Shown here in pieces: positions 39,993-53,700 of a stretch of 64,000 nucleotides of DNA. Position 1 is the stretch's first letter. Every line of letters begins with the position of its first letter. The DNA is taken from IMG/VR virus record IMGVR_UViG_3300013830_000002, positions 64,001 to 128,000 of that record; one strand, given 5' to 3'. The notes under the pieces were generated by a model that saw only the letters and a program-made list of their open reading frames with translations, ran no database searches and was not told the origin of the DNA. The DNA comes from a virus (lineage: Duplodnaviria; Caudoviricetes). The translations under genes were made by a program, and so were the position numbers.

Positions 39993-42900
39993 TATTTACC
40001 TGGATTATATAAGTTAAAGAAAGATATGTTAGGAATATCCGTGAAATGTGGATTATCTCCTTCACCATCATAATCTAAATTATAAGTTGAATTCCATGTA
40101 CTGAATTTATTAAATCCACCAAATTCAACTTCTCCGTTTGTGTAGCTTATGACCTTGGCAAGAGTACCAAAACTGTCAGATTTCATTGCCTGAGTACCTT
40201 TTACCATGTAAATCCTATCACCCTTAGTAACGAATTTAGAGGGTAGCATAAGCTGTACGCCAGACCCAAATTCAGAAACATCTGTTCCATTCCATGCATA
40301 TAGTTTTCCTGATTGAATATTATTCTTGAAATTTTCAATGGAAGGATTATCACCTTCAGCATTCAAAACTCCTAATTCAATTTTATTTGCAGACTCTCCT
40401 TTCTAAGAATATTCATACTGAAGAGATTTAATATTGTAAGGAACAGCATATTGGAATTTGATTACCTTTTGTACACCTAAAAGATTAATCTTTATATTGT
40501 TATTATTTGAACCAGTAACTGCAAAATCATATTTATCAATTCCACAGTTATCTTTTATATGAGAAATGTATTTCTCTATCGTCTGAGTGTGAATAGTAAT
40601 AAGACGGTTTATATCTGAAATCTAATAACTTTCCTCTTTAGTTCTATTAATATCAGCATCTATAATAAGGTCCTTATTCCAATATTCATTATAGCTTTCA
40701 CAAGTTACATAATTCTTGTAAAGACCTCTGTCTGTAGATGCACTGCTGTCAAGAACATAAAGCTGTGAGAATAGACTGCCAAACATATCAGCAAGAGTAG
40801 TAGTTACTGCACTTCCACCTGCTTTTTCCTGTGAATTATATTTTGATATAAAGTAATCTGAGATAGGTACAACCAAGCCTTGCTCTACATCCTGTATTGC
40901 AATACAGTTAATCATCCACACATTACTATCATTATTTTTCCACTCAGAAGGTACACCACTTGGACAATTGCCTCTTTCAGGATAAACTACGGAACCATCA
41001 CCTGAATTTTTTCCAAAAGCCCTTTTGATAGCAGCAAAAGAAGCATTTGAAGTCACTTTTTTTATTTTACCATTAGAAGAAGTGCTTCTACCAGGTACAA
41101 ATAATGAGGGTTTAGTAATATAGGCTTTCCAAATTTTCTGATAATTCTCATTATTCCATGAAATGCTTCGTCCATCCCCTCCTGAATGCCCATAATTGTT
41201 AGCTTCATTCTCAGCAGATGTCCAAGCTCCATTATTACTTTCCAGCTTTCCGCAGTAAGCACCATACCTTGTGTCATGGCCTTTTGACTCTCCCATATAT
41301 TCAGTCGCAACCTGAGTAAAATAAAGATGATTTGCAATCCCTGAACTGGCATAGGCCAGACCGAGATTACTTAAGCTGTTAACATGTTTATCTGCACTCC
41401 AGTATTGTAGAATAGGCTTCAAAACTTTGGAATTTACGTCTTTTGTCATTTCAGCAGCAAAAATTTTGCTATACTGAATTCCAGTAAGAACCAATTTAAA
41501 GCCTTTATCCATTGCCTCTGCTAAAGTCTTGGTAGCGCTAACAAAATGTTTTAGTTCCTGTTTATTACCATTTATATCAGTATAAGTAAAATCCTTAGAG
41601 CTTAGGGAACTCCCTACTACATTCAATGAGAATGAATCTATATAGTTTTCATAGGCTTTTTCCGAAGCATATAACTCTACAGAAGTAGGATTGCCTGCAA
41701 GGGGAGCATCTATACTAGATGAATATGCTTTAAAAGAAGCATTGTCAGATATAAGAAGCTTAAGTAAAGATTCACTTATTTTTCTATTGTTAGCACCATA
41801 ACTATATTGGGCATATCCTGAGTAATCCCATCCATTAGCACTATGACTGTCCAAAGTTTCTGCAGTAATAGGCTGAATACAATCGTCATATTGTGTGGAA
41901 ATCTCACCATCAGAGTGAATAAGACCTGGAGAGTCATTGTCTCTTGTAATTGATGATTTTCCCATTGTCAGAGTAACATTTTCAAGTAAATTGAGTTTAC
42001 CCTTATTAAGATTAAATGTATTATAGCCAGAAGATAGAGTAGGAGTAACCTGCATTAAAATATTTCCTGCATCCTCAGAGCCATCCTGATTAACAAAATA
42101 AACATTGGTTCCAAGAGACATATATTGTTTATCCTTTGCTTCTGTGTACTGCAGTTCATCAGAGTTGTAATACTGAACAATTTTTGGAGTTAATGGTGTT
42201 GAAGTTCCTTTTGAGTTAAAGGTAACTCCAAAATCAAGTCCTAATTGAGGTCTTAATACTTTAAAGTCAGGGACACTATAATAATTATCATTAAACAATC
42301 CATTTGTCCAATACCATCTGTAGAAAGTTTTATAGTCTTTTATGTCATCAGTATTGAACTCTCCTAAAATGTTTTTAGTACAATACTTGACTGTAATTCT
42401 CACAAAATATAATATATTTGGATATAGTGTACCTACATCATTTGTATATCTTGTTGCCCCCTGATTAGTATCTTCTTTATATAGCTGAGGCTTATTATTG
42501 CTGTCAAGAATAATAGTGCCTTCATCATCTTCCAGACCAGCATGAATATAGTCAGACTTTCCATAGGCATCAACAGCACTCATTTTATAGCTTGAATTTT
42601 GCTGTCCTAAGATAATCTATTCAGTAAAGGTACCAGCATAAGAAGATTTCCCCGTTACATGCCAACTTGCTGCAAATCCTTGATTATCGAAAAAATCAAA
42701 TACTACTTCAGCAATTCCCTTGTTAGGTTCAGAATAAGCATTAAGACCCCAAGTTAAAGTTGATACGTTTCCTGAATTATAATATCTCCATTGGGTCAAA
42801 TCAATATCTCCAGTACCAATTTTACTGAAATCAATACTTCCAGAAACTGCCAGATAATCAAGTACCCCATAAGGCATGGCAGGAGCTATTTTATAGTCCC

Positions 42901-44398
42901 AAATCATTTTTGACAAATCATTGGCCACAGATACTTTATTTACAGTAGTTGACTTGGATATATTTACTGTTCCAATTTTCTTTGGTATGTCCTTATGGAA
43001 ATAATTATTTACTATATCATCATTAATATCAACAGATTTAATCTCCACCATTTCACCAGTACTTGCTTTCGTTTTATAAGCAAGCTCTCCAGTATCAGAT
43101 TTTTCAACCTCATCAAGGTTAAACAGGTAGCTAGCCTGCTGACTGTTGTTTATAACAGGAGTCTATTTAAAGTTACCAGAATCCGCAAGTTTTAAAGTTA
43201 TTCTCGTAATAGGTCGTAAATTAGAGACATCACTTACACCTGCTTTTGTCCAGTTTATAATTTGGGTCTCAAGATTCTCAATTCTGCAACCAGTGCCTGT
43301 ACCATTAAAATTCTCATAACTTCCAGGCTCCTCAATTTTATAGGACCTTGAATAAAGTAGGACTTTATCAGCAGCATATTTGCCGTCTGAGTACCCAGAT
43401 TCATAAGGCAATGCAGTTTTTATCTTATCATAATTATACTTGTAACTCTGTTTTTGCTCATCCCACTCTGGAATACCAATAGTGCCTTCCCAAGATGATT
43501 CAGTAAAAATAAATCCCATTGGATTTACATTAAGATTATCAGTATCCCAAGATGTGTAAAAATAAACCAAATACTATGTATCACCACCTTCAGAAGGAGT
43601 AAAAGTATAAACATCATACGTGCAGCTAAAACCATTGATAGTTTCAAGTTCAGCAAGAATAGCCAGCTTTCCAGAAACTTTTGACTAAAAAACTGAATAA
43701 GCAGAAGATAGCATTTTTCTGTAAGAATCAATATCAGGTTTTTCAGTTACAGTTTTTGCTAAATTAGCAATGTAGTAATTAGGAGTATTATACCATTTTA
43801 CAGTAGAATCCAAATCGACTATTTTACCTGAATCCTCAATAGACACTATTTTCAGTTTAAGCATTTTTGGCCACTCATTATGAGTATGCTTTTTATTGCC
43901 ATAGTCTGACAGCTAATTTGCATTACCATCTATGCTTTGGTCCGAATATACAATATATTTATCCCCAGGATTCAGATTTTTATCACCAAACAGTATTTTT
44001 TTAATTGATACTGCTGAAACTACACCAGTTTCAGGATTGGCAAACATGTCTGCTGCTAATCCATTTTCGAGTGATGAGGTTTCCTCACTTGAAATATTCC
44101 TTTCTGGAGAAGGAAAACATCCTATTTGAGATTTGTTTTCCAAAGGATTATAGCTGACTATGTAAATAATGTCACCATACTCACATGAACCAACAGGTAT
44201 ATATCCCTCAGGAAGCATTGCAGCTTCAACACGACCATTACCCATATCCTGCTGAAGCTACATTTCATTACCATTGAAAGTAAGCAAAGTTGCATTCAAT
44301 GCATCAGTGAGACAGTCGTTTTTTGCTACCATAGGATTAAAGTCCATTATTAATCCTTTAGTAAAAGTATTAGTTGCTGCCTAACGAGTTTGTGCCAT
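39992..44398 (-). CDS. Large tail protein (muzzle N-terminal-like), about 1468 aa (TAG=Gln)
   Basis: Starts MAQTR[Q]AATNTFTKGLIMDFNP...LTDALNAT...GNGRV, which resembles a crAss muzzle N-terminus. Five fragments share a frame and end in TAA at 39992. Confidence 0.7.
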
Positions 44399-44416
44399 CT
44401 TAATATCAGTTAATTA

Positions 44417-45535
44417 TTAATTATTCATCTTATTCTTGTAGTAAGTTTTCATTCTGGACTTAGCTACAGAAGCTTTTCTATTATCTTTATATAACTTTCT
44501 GACATATTCAGAGCTTCTTAATAAAGTTTGAAAATGCCTGTTATTGTATTGTAAACTATTCAAGCTTGCCTATAAAGTAATATCCACACACTCTGCTGAA
44601 TTAGAGATTAACACCTGATAATTAAAAAATCTTGTAGTTTCATCTCCAGCTTTTACTTTTAAAATAGCAGAGTTTGAAATATTATTAAGATAGGCTTCAT
44701 CATAGCATTTGAATAATTGTACTTTTCCAAAATCAATAGTTTTATGTGTTTCTATATCAGTTTTCAGAAGTTTATACTTATTAATAGGGATTCCAAAATA
44801 ACAATAGCCGTCCCAAACATATCTAAGCCTTCTGTACATTACATGTATCTTAGTCGTGAGTTTTTTCTTAACATAAGGAATCATAGCTGTAGGATTTCTG
44901 AAGATTATTCCAGTTTGAAATATAAATTGCCTACTTTTGATAAGTACATCACCCTCATAACTAATAATACGGCTTATTGCCCCAAAACCAAACCTCATAA
45001 TATAAAAAAGTTCACTTCTTTTAATTAGGGGGTATTTTTCACTAACTATATCTACAAAATCCCTTGTAGATTTTACTTTGCCGGCTTTTATTTTTCCTAA
45101 TTTTGTAAGCTCAGCTATTCTTTGAGTCCTATATTTATCAAGATGTATTTCTGTATAAAAAGGTATTGATACTCCAACAGTATGCCTGAATATTAACTAA
45201 TAAGCACTGAAATCAGTTTCAAAAGGGTCAAAATCCTTAAATGCCCCATGTTTTCTAGCTTCTATATACTTATTGCCAGTAACTCTATCCAAGCACATAT
45301 CAGAATAATATCTGGCCTTGGAGTCAAAACGAAACTATGTTCCATTTTCAATAATATCATCTACTACAGTCTATACAGCATATCGAAACACTTTTATAAT
45401 GAAATCAAACTTCTTTCCATGTGAGTCCATCAGTGTTATATCTTTTACTGATAAGTGTACCTTATCAATAGGAAAAGTTACGAATAAATCCTGAAGTTTA
45501 AATGTATGGAAAGAATAAGCATTGTGCATTGCCAT
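44417..45535 (-). CDS. Basic protein (~372 aa), possibly the crAss IHF/HU-like family (TAG=Gln)
   Basis: Runs from ATG at 45535 to TAA at 44417 through TAGs. Lys-rich, and located between ring and muzzle genes as in crAss-like genomes. Confidence 0.5.
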
Positions 45536-45540
45536 AAAAC

Positions 45541-45590
45541 AAAAAAAGAGAGTTCTTATAACAGGAATAAATCTGAAATAAAAACTCTCC
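45541..45590 (-). terminator. Terminator-like hairpin
   Basis: Imperfect GAGAGTT...AACTCTC stem followed by a T7 run on the minus strand. Confidence 0.45.
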
Positions 45591-45598
45591 TATATTAA

Positions 45599-46303
45599 TT
45601 ATAATGTAGGTTTGTAACTGAAGTGATACTTCTTTCTGTTCCATGAAGTTTTAGCGTCAAGAATTTTATCCATATCATTCTGACTTATATATTCAGGAAC
45701 TCTGGCAGCATCACAATGAAACAGCCACTTTTTCTCTATCTACTAAGCAAGTGAGAAAAGAAACTAGTCCCTATCTCTTTTAGCTTGCTTAAATGTCTGA
45801 CTATATGCCAGATAGTCTGCTATTGCAGTAGCTTCCTTGTTAGTCAAATAAGGAAGCCCATTATCATCAAGTAGTTCACCATGATATAAGACTGTAACCA
45901 TACCTGAAGCTTTGTCAACATGAAGTTTATCTCCTTCACGTCTATATTTTACAAAAGAACCACTCTGATAAAGAGGGTCAGTAAAATGTTTATTAGCTTC
46001 AATATAACCTTCAACGTACCTTGATTGCTGGTTTCCATATTCGTGGTCATCGCTGGAGTTTTCCCAGTCTTCCCTGCAATTATAGGTAACTGCTTCTATG
46101 TAAAGCACATTGCATGGAAGGTCGATAGTCTGTGTTTGGCAATCAATAGGCTCAGTTACTTTATAAAGTCTGGTTCTATGATTTCCAATCAGTCTGTAAG
46201 CCTCAAGACCAAGTTCTTCGGCATCCTCAACATCCTTGAAATCAACATCCCATTTTTGCTGGGCAAGTGATATAGCATAGTGAAAATCATTTAATCCTTC
46301 CAT
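45599..46303 (-). CDS. Tail ring/tubular protein (~234 aa; TAG=Gln)
   Basis: ORF 45764..46303 extends through TAG to TAA at 45599 (…FSYKPTL). The LDDNGLPYL motif and position fit a crAss ring protein. Confidence 0.65.
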
Positions 46304-47004
46304 TAGTTACCAGTTAAATATTGTTGATTATTAGGTAATGCAGGGGGTGCAAGCTGCCTGTAATACTTTATTTTATCTTGTGTAAGTTTGTCCTTAATAA
46401 GCTGGCTTATATATGAGAAGTTATTATCAGGTCCAGTTGTCTGGTATTCAGGAGTTATGCAGCATTGATACTTTTCTATCTGTCTTGGGTCCTTAAACAC
46501 TCCTACTACAGATACTTGTTTTATAAATGGAGCATTAAAGATAAAACAGTCAAGCATTCCATTTTGATTAGGTGCATAATCTATCCATACATAAGGTTTA
46601 TTCTTTCCACGTTTTCTATAACGTTTCATTCTAAGCTAAGATAGTGACCTTATTATGGTAAAATCCTGCATTCTGTCAACAGAGCCAATATAGTCAATAG
46701 CTTCTGGACCAATGTCATTCATTAACTAAGGAATTTGAAAGTGAGCAGTTGGAGTGCCACAGACATCATTGCTGCATCTACACCTCTCAAGGTTTTCACA
46801 ATCTACATTCACACAATTAATAGCTACAAGTAAATCCTTTATAGGAATAGCTCCTTTACCAATTAAATTCTTGATAATCAGAAGCCTTGTTTGTACTACT
46901 TCGTCTTCAAGTTGTGGAATATTCATTCCTAAATTATGATGATAGCCCTTTAAGCCAGAAAGGACATCGTTTTTTATCTAACTTGCAATTTTTTCAATAT
47001 ACAT
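46303..47004 (-). CDS. Tail ring protein (~233 aa; TAG=Gln)
   Basis: Joins 46726.. and 46303... Has a Cys cluster and a VGVFKDP motif, with TAATG coupling to the next gene. Confidence 0.65.
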
Positions 47005-47015
47005 AGCAGAGAGTT

Positions 47016-47471
47016 TTATTTAGTTTCTGAATTATCTGCCTCTGCAAAAGTATTTTTAAGATGCTAATCTATTTTATCGGGGTCAAGTTTTCTTCTTGGG
47101 CACAGTGTATCATAGCATCTTATGCCTTTAAGATAGGCTACTTTTGATTTAAGTATAGCAAGTTCCTCTCTTTTCTTACTTACTTTGTCTTCAAAATACT
47201 CCTCTTTTTCACGGGCATTTTCCCTGAACTTTCTATAATCATCAGAGAGAGTAGTATAGTCTAAAAGACATTTGTTTAACTATTGATACATCGTATCAAA
47301 AGCATCCTGCTTATTATCCTGTTTTTTGCGATTAACATCTTCTTCTGCTGATGCAGTCTCAACTACAAGTTTTTGTTTACTTATCCTGGCAGTATATAGC
47401 TACATTAATCCTGCTCCTAAACCTCCTCCAATAAGTAAGCCAATTATTTGAACAATTAAGTTTGCATCCAT
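47016..47471 (-). CDS. Single-TM coiled-coil protein, holin-like (~151 aa; TAG=Gln; missed by the ORF track)
   Basis: MDANLIVQIIGLLIGGGLGAGLM forms a TM helix, followed by a coiled coil and a C-terminal RCYDTLCPRR. Ends in TAA at 47016. Confidence 0.6.
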
Positions 47472-47502
47472 TATTGTTAGATTTATAATTAGAAGTTAAA
47501 CT

Positions 47503-47534
47503 AAAAAGGGAGGGAGCTTATTTGTTCCCTCCCT
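47503..47534 (-). terminator. Rho-independent terminator
   Basis: GGGAGGGA/TCCCTCCC stem followed by TTTTT on the minus strand. Confidence 0.8.
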
Positions 47535-47565
47535 AGTATTTTAATTACCTGTCTAGCAAAATGAA

Positions 47566-48576
47566 TCAATGATTCTGGTCTTCACCACCTGTAGAATCTT
47601 TACCACCAGTAGAAGATGTTGCTGCATCAGAGTCTTTTACTTCCTCAAATACAGCAGTTCTGTCATTAGCAACAGGAGCAGAGCCAACTACTTCTGTGAT
47701 TACAGTTTCAAAGGCTTTGCTGAAATCCTGACGTACCCAGAAACTGTGAACAGTTTCTGAATCTGTTTTATGGCCTACAGCTACAAGTGATGGGTTAGTG
47801 CCACTTGGAGCTTTGTAATAGATAAGATACTGGTCATAAAGAGCACCAGGAACTGGGCGTTCCTCAAGTCTGAGTGCAGTCCAACTTGTATTAACGGCAG
47901 TCGGAAGTCTGAGGTCTTTAACAATGTGACTGAATGTACCAAAGCCGTTCTTACCTCTGTGGACAACAGTAATAACTTTCTGAGTATTGTCAGTTTCACC
48001 ATCAAAAAGATGAGCAAGCTCTGTTTCTTCCTCACCATTATCAAGCAAGATAACAATGCCCTTGAAACGAGAATACTCTTCAGTTGCCTTAAGAGTTACA
48101 ACTGCTTCCTTAGTATCAGCAGTAAATACATTTCTGCCAATGTTTCCGATAGCAAATCTGTTAATGCTCTTTTTAATCTGAGCAGCAACTTCAGAAGCAG
48201 TTACCTGAGCATTGTCAAGCTTAAATCCTACAGAGAAAGGATGGCCTTTCTGCATAAAATCATTGGCAAAGATAGACTCCTCACTTCCTTCAAGTGCTAC
48301 ATACAAAGAGATTCTACCAATTACAGGATAGATTGCTGTAGCAGGAATAGCTGAAAGCAGAGCTGTACAATCAATTGTAATCTCACCTTTTACAGGCTCA
48401 TTGGCTACTTTCTTAAATACTTTTACAATATGCTTTTTCTCAAAAGTAAAATCTCTCTTAATTTTAAGAATAGCATCATGTTTTCCCTTCTCTTCAGCAA
48501 TACTTGAGAAAAGGGCCTTTCCTGACTGAATATCTTTGTCAGAATTGATAATGGTTGTAGTTACGAAATTAAACAT
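47566..48576 (-). CDS. Conserved crAss-like structural protein (auxiliary capsid / gene-73-like), 336 aa, no TAG
   Basis: Intact ORF, third gene after MCP, followed by a strong terminator. Confidence 0.6.
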   Translation of the reverse strand: MFNFVTTTIINSDKDIQSGKALFSSIAEEKGKHDAILKIKRDFTFEKKHIVKVFKKVANEPVKGEITIDCTALLSAIPATAIYPVIGRISLYVALEGSEESIFANDFMQKGHPFSVGFKLDNAQVTASEVAAQIKKSINRFAIGNIGRNVFTADTKEAVVTLKATEEYSRFKGIVILLDNGEEETELAHLFDGETDNTQKVITVVHRGKNGFGTFSHIVKDLRLPTAVNTSWTALRLEERPVPGALYDQYLIYYKAPSGTNPSLVAVGHKTDSETVHSFWVRQDFSKAFETVITEVVGSAPVANDRTAVFEEVKDSDAATSSTGGKDSTGGEDQNH

Positions 48577-48600
48577 AATTTATTAGTTTAAATTACAGGC

Positions 48601-49722
48601 TTATCGGGCTGCCTGTGTTCCCTGTCCTGCAGCCTGCTGAGGTCTTGCAATAGACTGATTTATCTGAATATTATTAGCTAAGCGTGGGTCAGCAGTCCTT
48701 TCCATAATAAGCTTAACTAAATTATTTGTAATTTCCTGACATATATAGTCAGGCCATTCAAGCATTTGAGAAACATCTTGAGTAAGGTCAAGCTGCTCTT
48801 GTGTAAGTCTAATATGCTGTGGTACTTTAATATAGTCAACTCTTACCTGACGTAATTTGAATAAAGTGTCATCCCTACCATATCTGATTTCCATTCTTAC
48901 ATTTGACGGATTACCAATACGTGATGCTGCTGTAGGCTCTACAAGAGACATTTTATAACCATTCTTAAAGGTAAATGTTCTCTTAAAATTACCTCCTTTG
49001 GTATTTCCTTTTGCAAGAACGTCACTGTCATACTTAGTAACACCATACTCACCATCAATATCGGAACCAGAGATTTGTGCTCTGCCTTGACCTGCAGCCT
49101 CATTCTCATAAGTGATAGGAGTTACAGGGTCAGTAGGAAGAACATCTGTGAGTGTTCTATTTTGATTGTAAATCTGGAAATAAGGCTTCTCAGGAGAAGG
49201 ACGATTGTAAATATCATCCATAATCAAGGGCCAGGAATCAGCAGTAAGACGAGTAGCAGGTTTTGCAATAAATGTTCCTGCATCATAACAATCATAAGGC
49301 TTTGTTACTTCAAAGATACAAACACAATTAAGAACATGAAGATAATCCATTGGAAGCCAACATTCATAGGCAGCACCATCAATGCTTGAAAGTTGATTAT
49401 GTGCTGCAGTAAGGTAGTTTACATCATTAGCATTTCCGTCTTCATCCTTAGTCATTTGACTTGCAAGTGTTGCTTTTTCATCATCAGTAATCAGGCCTAA
49501 TGAAGAATTCTTCACCTTTTTAGGTGTCAGTGTTACTGAGCCCTGAAGGACTCTTAGGTCATCGGTAGTCTGCTGATTTACGTCATAAATATTGTAGACC
49601 TGATTTACATATTGGTCTACTGCTTTATTAAAGTAGTAATTAAACTCATAAAGCTTGAGGGCTGGTGCATTAACTTTACTTAACTCAATTAAAGTATTTT
49701 TGAATATCTATTTCGCCGTCAT
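48601..49722 (-). CDS. Conserved crAss-like head-tail/ring protein (gene-74-like), about 373 aa
   Basis: N-terminus MTAK[Q]IF...EFNYYFNKAVDQYV...QTTDDLRVL. An alternative start lies at 49728. Confidence 0.65.
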
Positions 49723-49772
49723 TGCCATGTGTGTGTATTTTTTGAGTTAATTAAAGATGAGTTTATCTATTA

Positions 49773-50642
49773 TTACTCATCACCTACATACATTTCAGGA
49801 TACGTATCCTGTCTGATAAGCTGTAATGTCTTCTGGTTACGAGAACTTTTCATCCAGTCAATAACAGCTTCATCTGAAGCACCTAAAGTTACATTACCAT
49901 CTTCACCATAAATGTAAAGACCATTCTCTTTTCTGATAATTCTCTTTTCCTTTGCTGTAATAAGCAGTAATCTGAGAGATAAATCTCCTCCTGTGTAAAG
50001 CTCGATGATTTTGTTCGGGTCTTTTTCTGCAAAAGATAGCAAATAGTCCTCGACATCTGCAGCAGGCTGATTGGTCATATTTCTGCCAAGAACCTTTGCA
50101 ATTAGAAGCTGACCATCATATCCACGTTCATCATTGATAATAAAGCTTTGAGCTCTGTTAACAAGTTTCTTACGAGTAACTCGTTTAGCAGCAAATACTC
50201 CTGGCTTATCTACATAAAGTTCAGCAATTCCATATCTTGGATGCTTGGATTGTGGGTCAGTTGTGCCATCAATAAGATAGTCTCCGTTTTGTCCTTTAGC
50301 ATCTCTGCTTGGAGCAATCAATGGGCAATGCTTTATTGCCTCCCACTCTGCCCTTTCAGCGGGCTTTTTTAAATCAAAAGTGGTGCCATCCCTGACAACA
50401 AATACGTGGTCTTCAGGAATAAAGACTGTATTTGGGTCATTCATAGCAATTCTGTCATCTGCAGAAAGAATCATGTCACCGTGGGAATCCACCCTTCGTA
50501 CACAAGAAGGCAACATGCCTGTATTCGGGTCACGTTGTGGCTGCATAAGATAGTTTTGGCCAACTTTGCCAAACACACTTCTTAGCACAATAATGTCAGC
50601 TTTAACGTCTCCGTTTTGAAAGTCATTGACTTTTTTAACCAT
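49773..50642 (-). CDS. Conserved crAss-like protein following MCP (gene-75-like), 289 aa
   Basis: Intact ORF directly downstream of MCP. C-terminal GLYIYG..VTLGASDEAVIDWMK pattern. Confidence 0.65.
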   Translation of the reverse strand: MVKKVNDFQNGDVKADIIVLRSVFGKVGQNYLMQPQRDPNTGMLPSCVRRVDSHGDMILSADDRIAMNDPNTVFIPEDHVFVVRDGTTFDLKKPAERAEWEAIKHCPLIAPSRDAKGQNGDYLIDGTTDPQSKHPRYGIAELYVDKPGVFAAKRVTRKKLVNRAQSFIINDERGYDGQLLIAKVLGRNMTNQPAADVEDYLLSFAEKDPNKIIELYTGGDLSLRLLLITAKEKRIIRKENGLYIYGEDGNVTLGASDEAVIDWMKSSRNQKTLQLIRQDTYPEMYVGDE

Positions 50643-50670
50643 AGAACATTAGTATATTAACAAAAATATA

Positions 50671-50694
50671 GCAAGGGTATATTTCAACCCTTGC
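50671..50694 (-). terminator. Terminator/attenuator hairpin after the MCP gene
   Basis: GCAAGGGT/ACCCTTGC stem followed by TATATTTTT. Confidence 0.6.
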
Positions 50695-50725
50695 CTATAT
50701 CTAAAAAATAAAGTTTATCTTAAAA

Positions 50726-53700
50726 TCAATAAGCGGTTTCTGTACTATAAAGTAAGAACGACTTATAAGGATTAGTTACTGCAATAGATGCATAGCCCTG
50801 TGCAGTAATTGCACCACCTGCTACTAATGTAGCAACATCCCCGTCTTCAATTCCAACCCCTCGTAAGGTATTGAATATAAAGTCTTTACCCTTAAGAGTA
50901 AATAGGTTAATGGCAGGATTGCCATTAGTTTTACCTGCTGTTAAGTCGATGCACATAGCAAACGGCATTGGATATTCTCTTGTAAGAGTTCTATCAGCAG
51001 TAAAAACTATAGTATTTCCCAAATTTATGTTAATCTAAGTATTTCTACCTAGTTCAGACTATATCTTTATCTTTAAATTTAAAAACAAATCCTTTATGTG
51101 AGTGAATAATATTTCTGAGAACCCTATTTATCTAAGATACATTTAATTCAGGATGCTGTTTTTTACAGTCCTGAGCATTATCATACTCTCCTATTTTGTT
51201 TCCCTTTTTGTCATACATAACAATTTGTTTATAAGGAATTTTTAGAGGGCCACCAATATAAGGCTCAATATCAGAATCATTACCAGTGTATCTTCTCCAC
51301 TAATAGCCAGCTGCTAGACAGTGCTTCATAACTGCCTAATTAATAGTGCATACTTGCATAGCTAAATCAGCTTCTTCTATACTATTAAAAGTTCTTAAAA
51401 ATTTTCCACTTAAAGTATACTGTGCTACAGGAGTAATATTTCTATTTTTATATCCTGGAAATTTATTATTTCTAGACCAGATATAATCACAAGCGGATGA
51501 TGTTCTTCCTGCACAATTATTTTTTATAGCCTATTTAACACTTTCATAATTGTCGGCATTAATAGAATGAGCAGCTATTCCTATTGAAGGATAGGCAGAA
51601 ACAAACTTTCCTTCTTTTGTATACTGGTAAACTGTGTGCATATATTCAGGATTAACTCCTCCTTGACCTCCTACACTTGTATTATAGCACTATTTGCTTC
51701 TAAGTACTGTAGGAGTCACAAGCTCTGCTTCTAATTGATAGGCCTGTTTCTTTCCTTCTTCTGTGTGAGGAAATATCCTAAGTGTAGTACGCTTAAATTT
51801 ATCATATCCATATTTCCTAACAGCAGAATGAAATGCAAACTTTTTATTGGCATTACTTAATCTATATACCCCGCATCCTATATAACCATCAAACACATCT
51901 GGATTTGTTTCATGTACACCTATGTAGAATTTACCATTACATAAGTTTATTGTTATATAAACAATATATTTCAATTCCATAAGATAATTACCATTTCGAT
52001 TATATTAATAATCTATGCCCATAAAGGGACTTACTAGTCGTTGAACTTCACTCATACTTAAAAGCTAAGAGTTTTAGCTGCTGATTATCCAATCTCTATT
52101 ATTTTTCAGCATTATATTTAATTTCCATTAATATTTTAGCTAATAGAGCTCTAAGGAACTTCCAGCAATTAAATAATTTTTATTAAGCCACAGATTTCTC
52201 TGCGTTTCGCCAGAAATAAATTAGTTTAGCGAATTCATAAGCACTAAATGTGCTTCCAACTTTATAATATTTACCGTCTTGTTTTGAGTAAAGATAAGCA
52301 CCATCAGTCTTGAAGTCTGCAAGGTACTTAAACAGTACTCTGTTAAAGATTGCCCACATTTGTTCATTTGCCACAAAAACAAACTGGTTACCAGTAGGAG
52401 TATCAGCCTTCTGGACCATTTGAGAAATAACGGTCTGGAAAGTGTTGATAGTAATCTTACTAGCAACATATTTAGAAGCAAATCTTTCTATCTATGGAAT
52501 TAAGCCCTCCGAAATTGTTAATCTTCATATTACTACGAAGTTCAGACTATATTTTTAACTTGTATTGTTTTATCCTCTACAAGTTACTTCCTCTTTCCAC
52601 CAATTTAAATAGTGTACTCTACTCAGTTATAATTATTAGTTTTTCTCTAATAATTTCTTTTCGATAGTCGTTGAACCTTACTAACATTAGTATTGGCTGC
52701 TGATTGTCCTATAGTAGCTAAATAGGAGATTCCAGCAATTAAAGAAGTTTTATATTGGCAAGAGTTTATCCAACCAATAGGAATAGGTCTACCAGTCTGT
52801 CTATCAGAAAGTGTAGGCTTGCCGTCCCTGCCAATGTTACCTTTAGAAAGGAGCAACATTTGCTCACGAGCTTGCATGAAGTTATCAATAAGATTTTTCT
52901 TCATTGGGTCAAGCTTGTAAATGGTTTCTGTCAGACAACCTTGATTTTGACCTTGACCAATTTTAATGAGAGTATCCTCCATAAGAGCATACTTTGAACT
53001 GTATGTGTCATCACATCTGATGAGGGTCATACAGTTACGCATCTTTTCAACATTCATATTATTGCCTTATAGTTTCCTATAAGATTAGACTATATCATTA
53101 ATTTACTTTATATTTAAAAATAAATCCTTTACACTGTTGTTGTACTCCTTTTAATACCTTCTAAACTCCTCTTGTGTACTTATGTATAGTACAAGCCAAA
53201 GATGGACATTCTTCTATAAAAGTACCATCAGTTTTATAGACTAAAACTGGACGTTTAAAATACTTTAACTTTATAAGGATTCATTTTTTCTAATTTAGTT
53301 AATGAAAATTGGTATGATTTATAATTTTTATTTTTTCTGATTGACACTGTTATAGGATTAGTGCTGTTAATATTAAAAAACTTTTTAATTTCTTTTCCAT
53401 TATATAAAACAGTTAAAAATTTACCTTGTAAATCGTAAACATATAAAGGTTTATTCTTTATATGAATATGTTCAATAGGCTTATACTCTTCTACCAATTT
53501 GGAAGAAAAATAGTAGTTTTTTATTTTATATCCAGTAGACATAGCATTTCCTACACTCTAAGGAGTAACCCCAATACTAGTAGCTGCTTCCTTAATAGAA
53601 TTGTATGAAGCTACAAATTTGAGTGTAATTGCATCGTACTAAAAGCATTTTTGCTCTAGGCACGTAAATTCCTTAGTGTTAATACTTGTATCTTTAGACC

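Noticed and set aside
52647-52772. C-terminal extensions of MCP ORF fragments (e.g. WINSCQ..., ENIKILL...)
   Set aside because: They are read-through into intron sequence, not protein.
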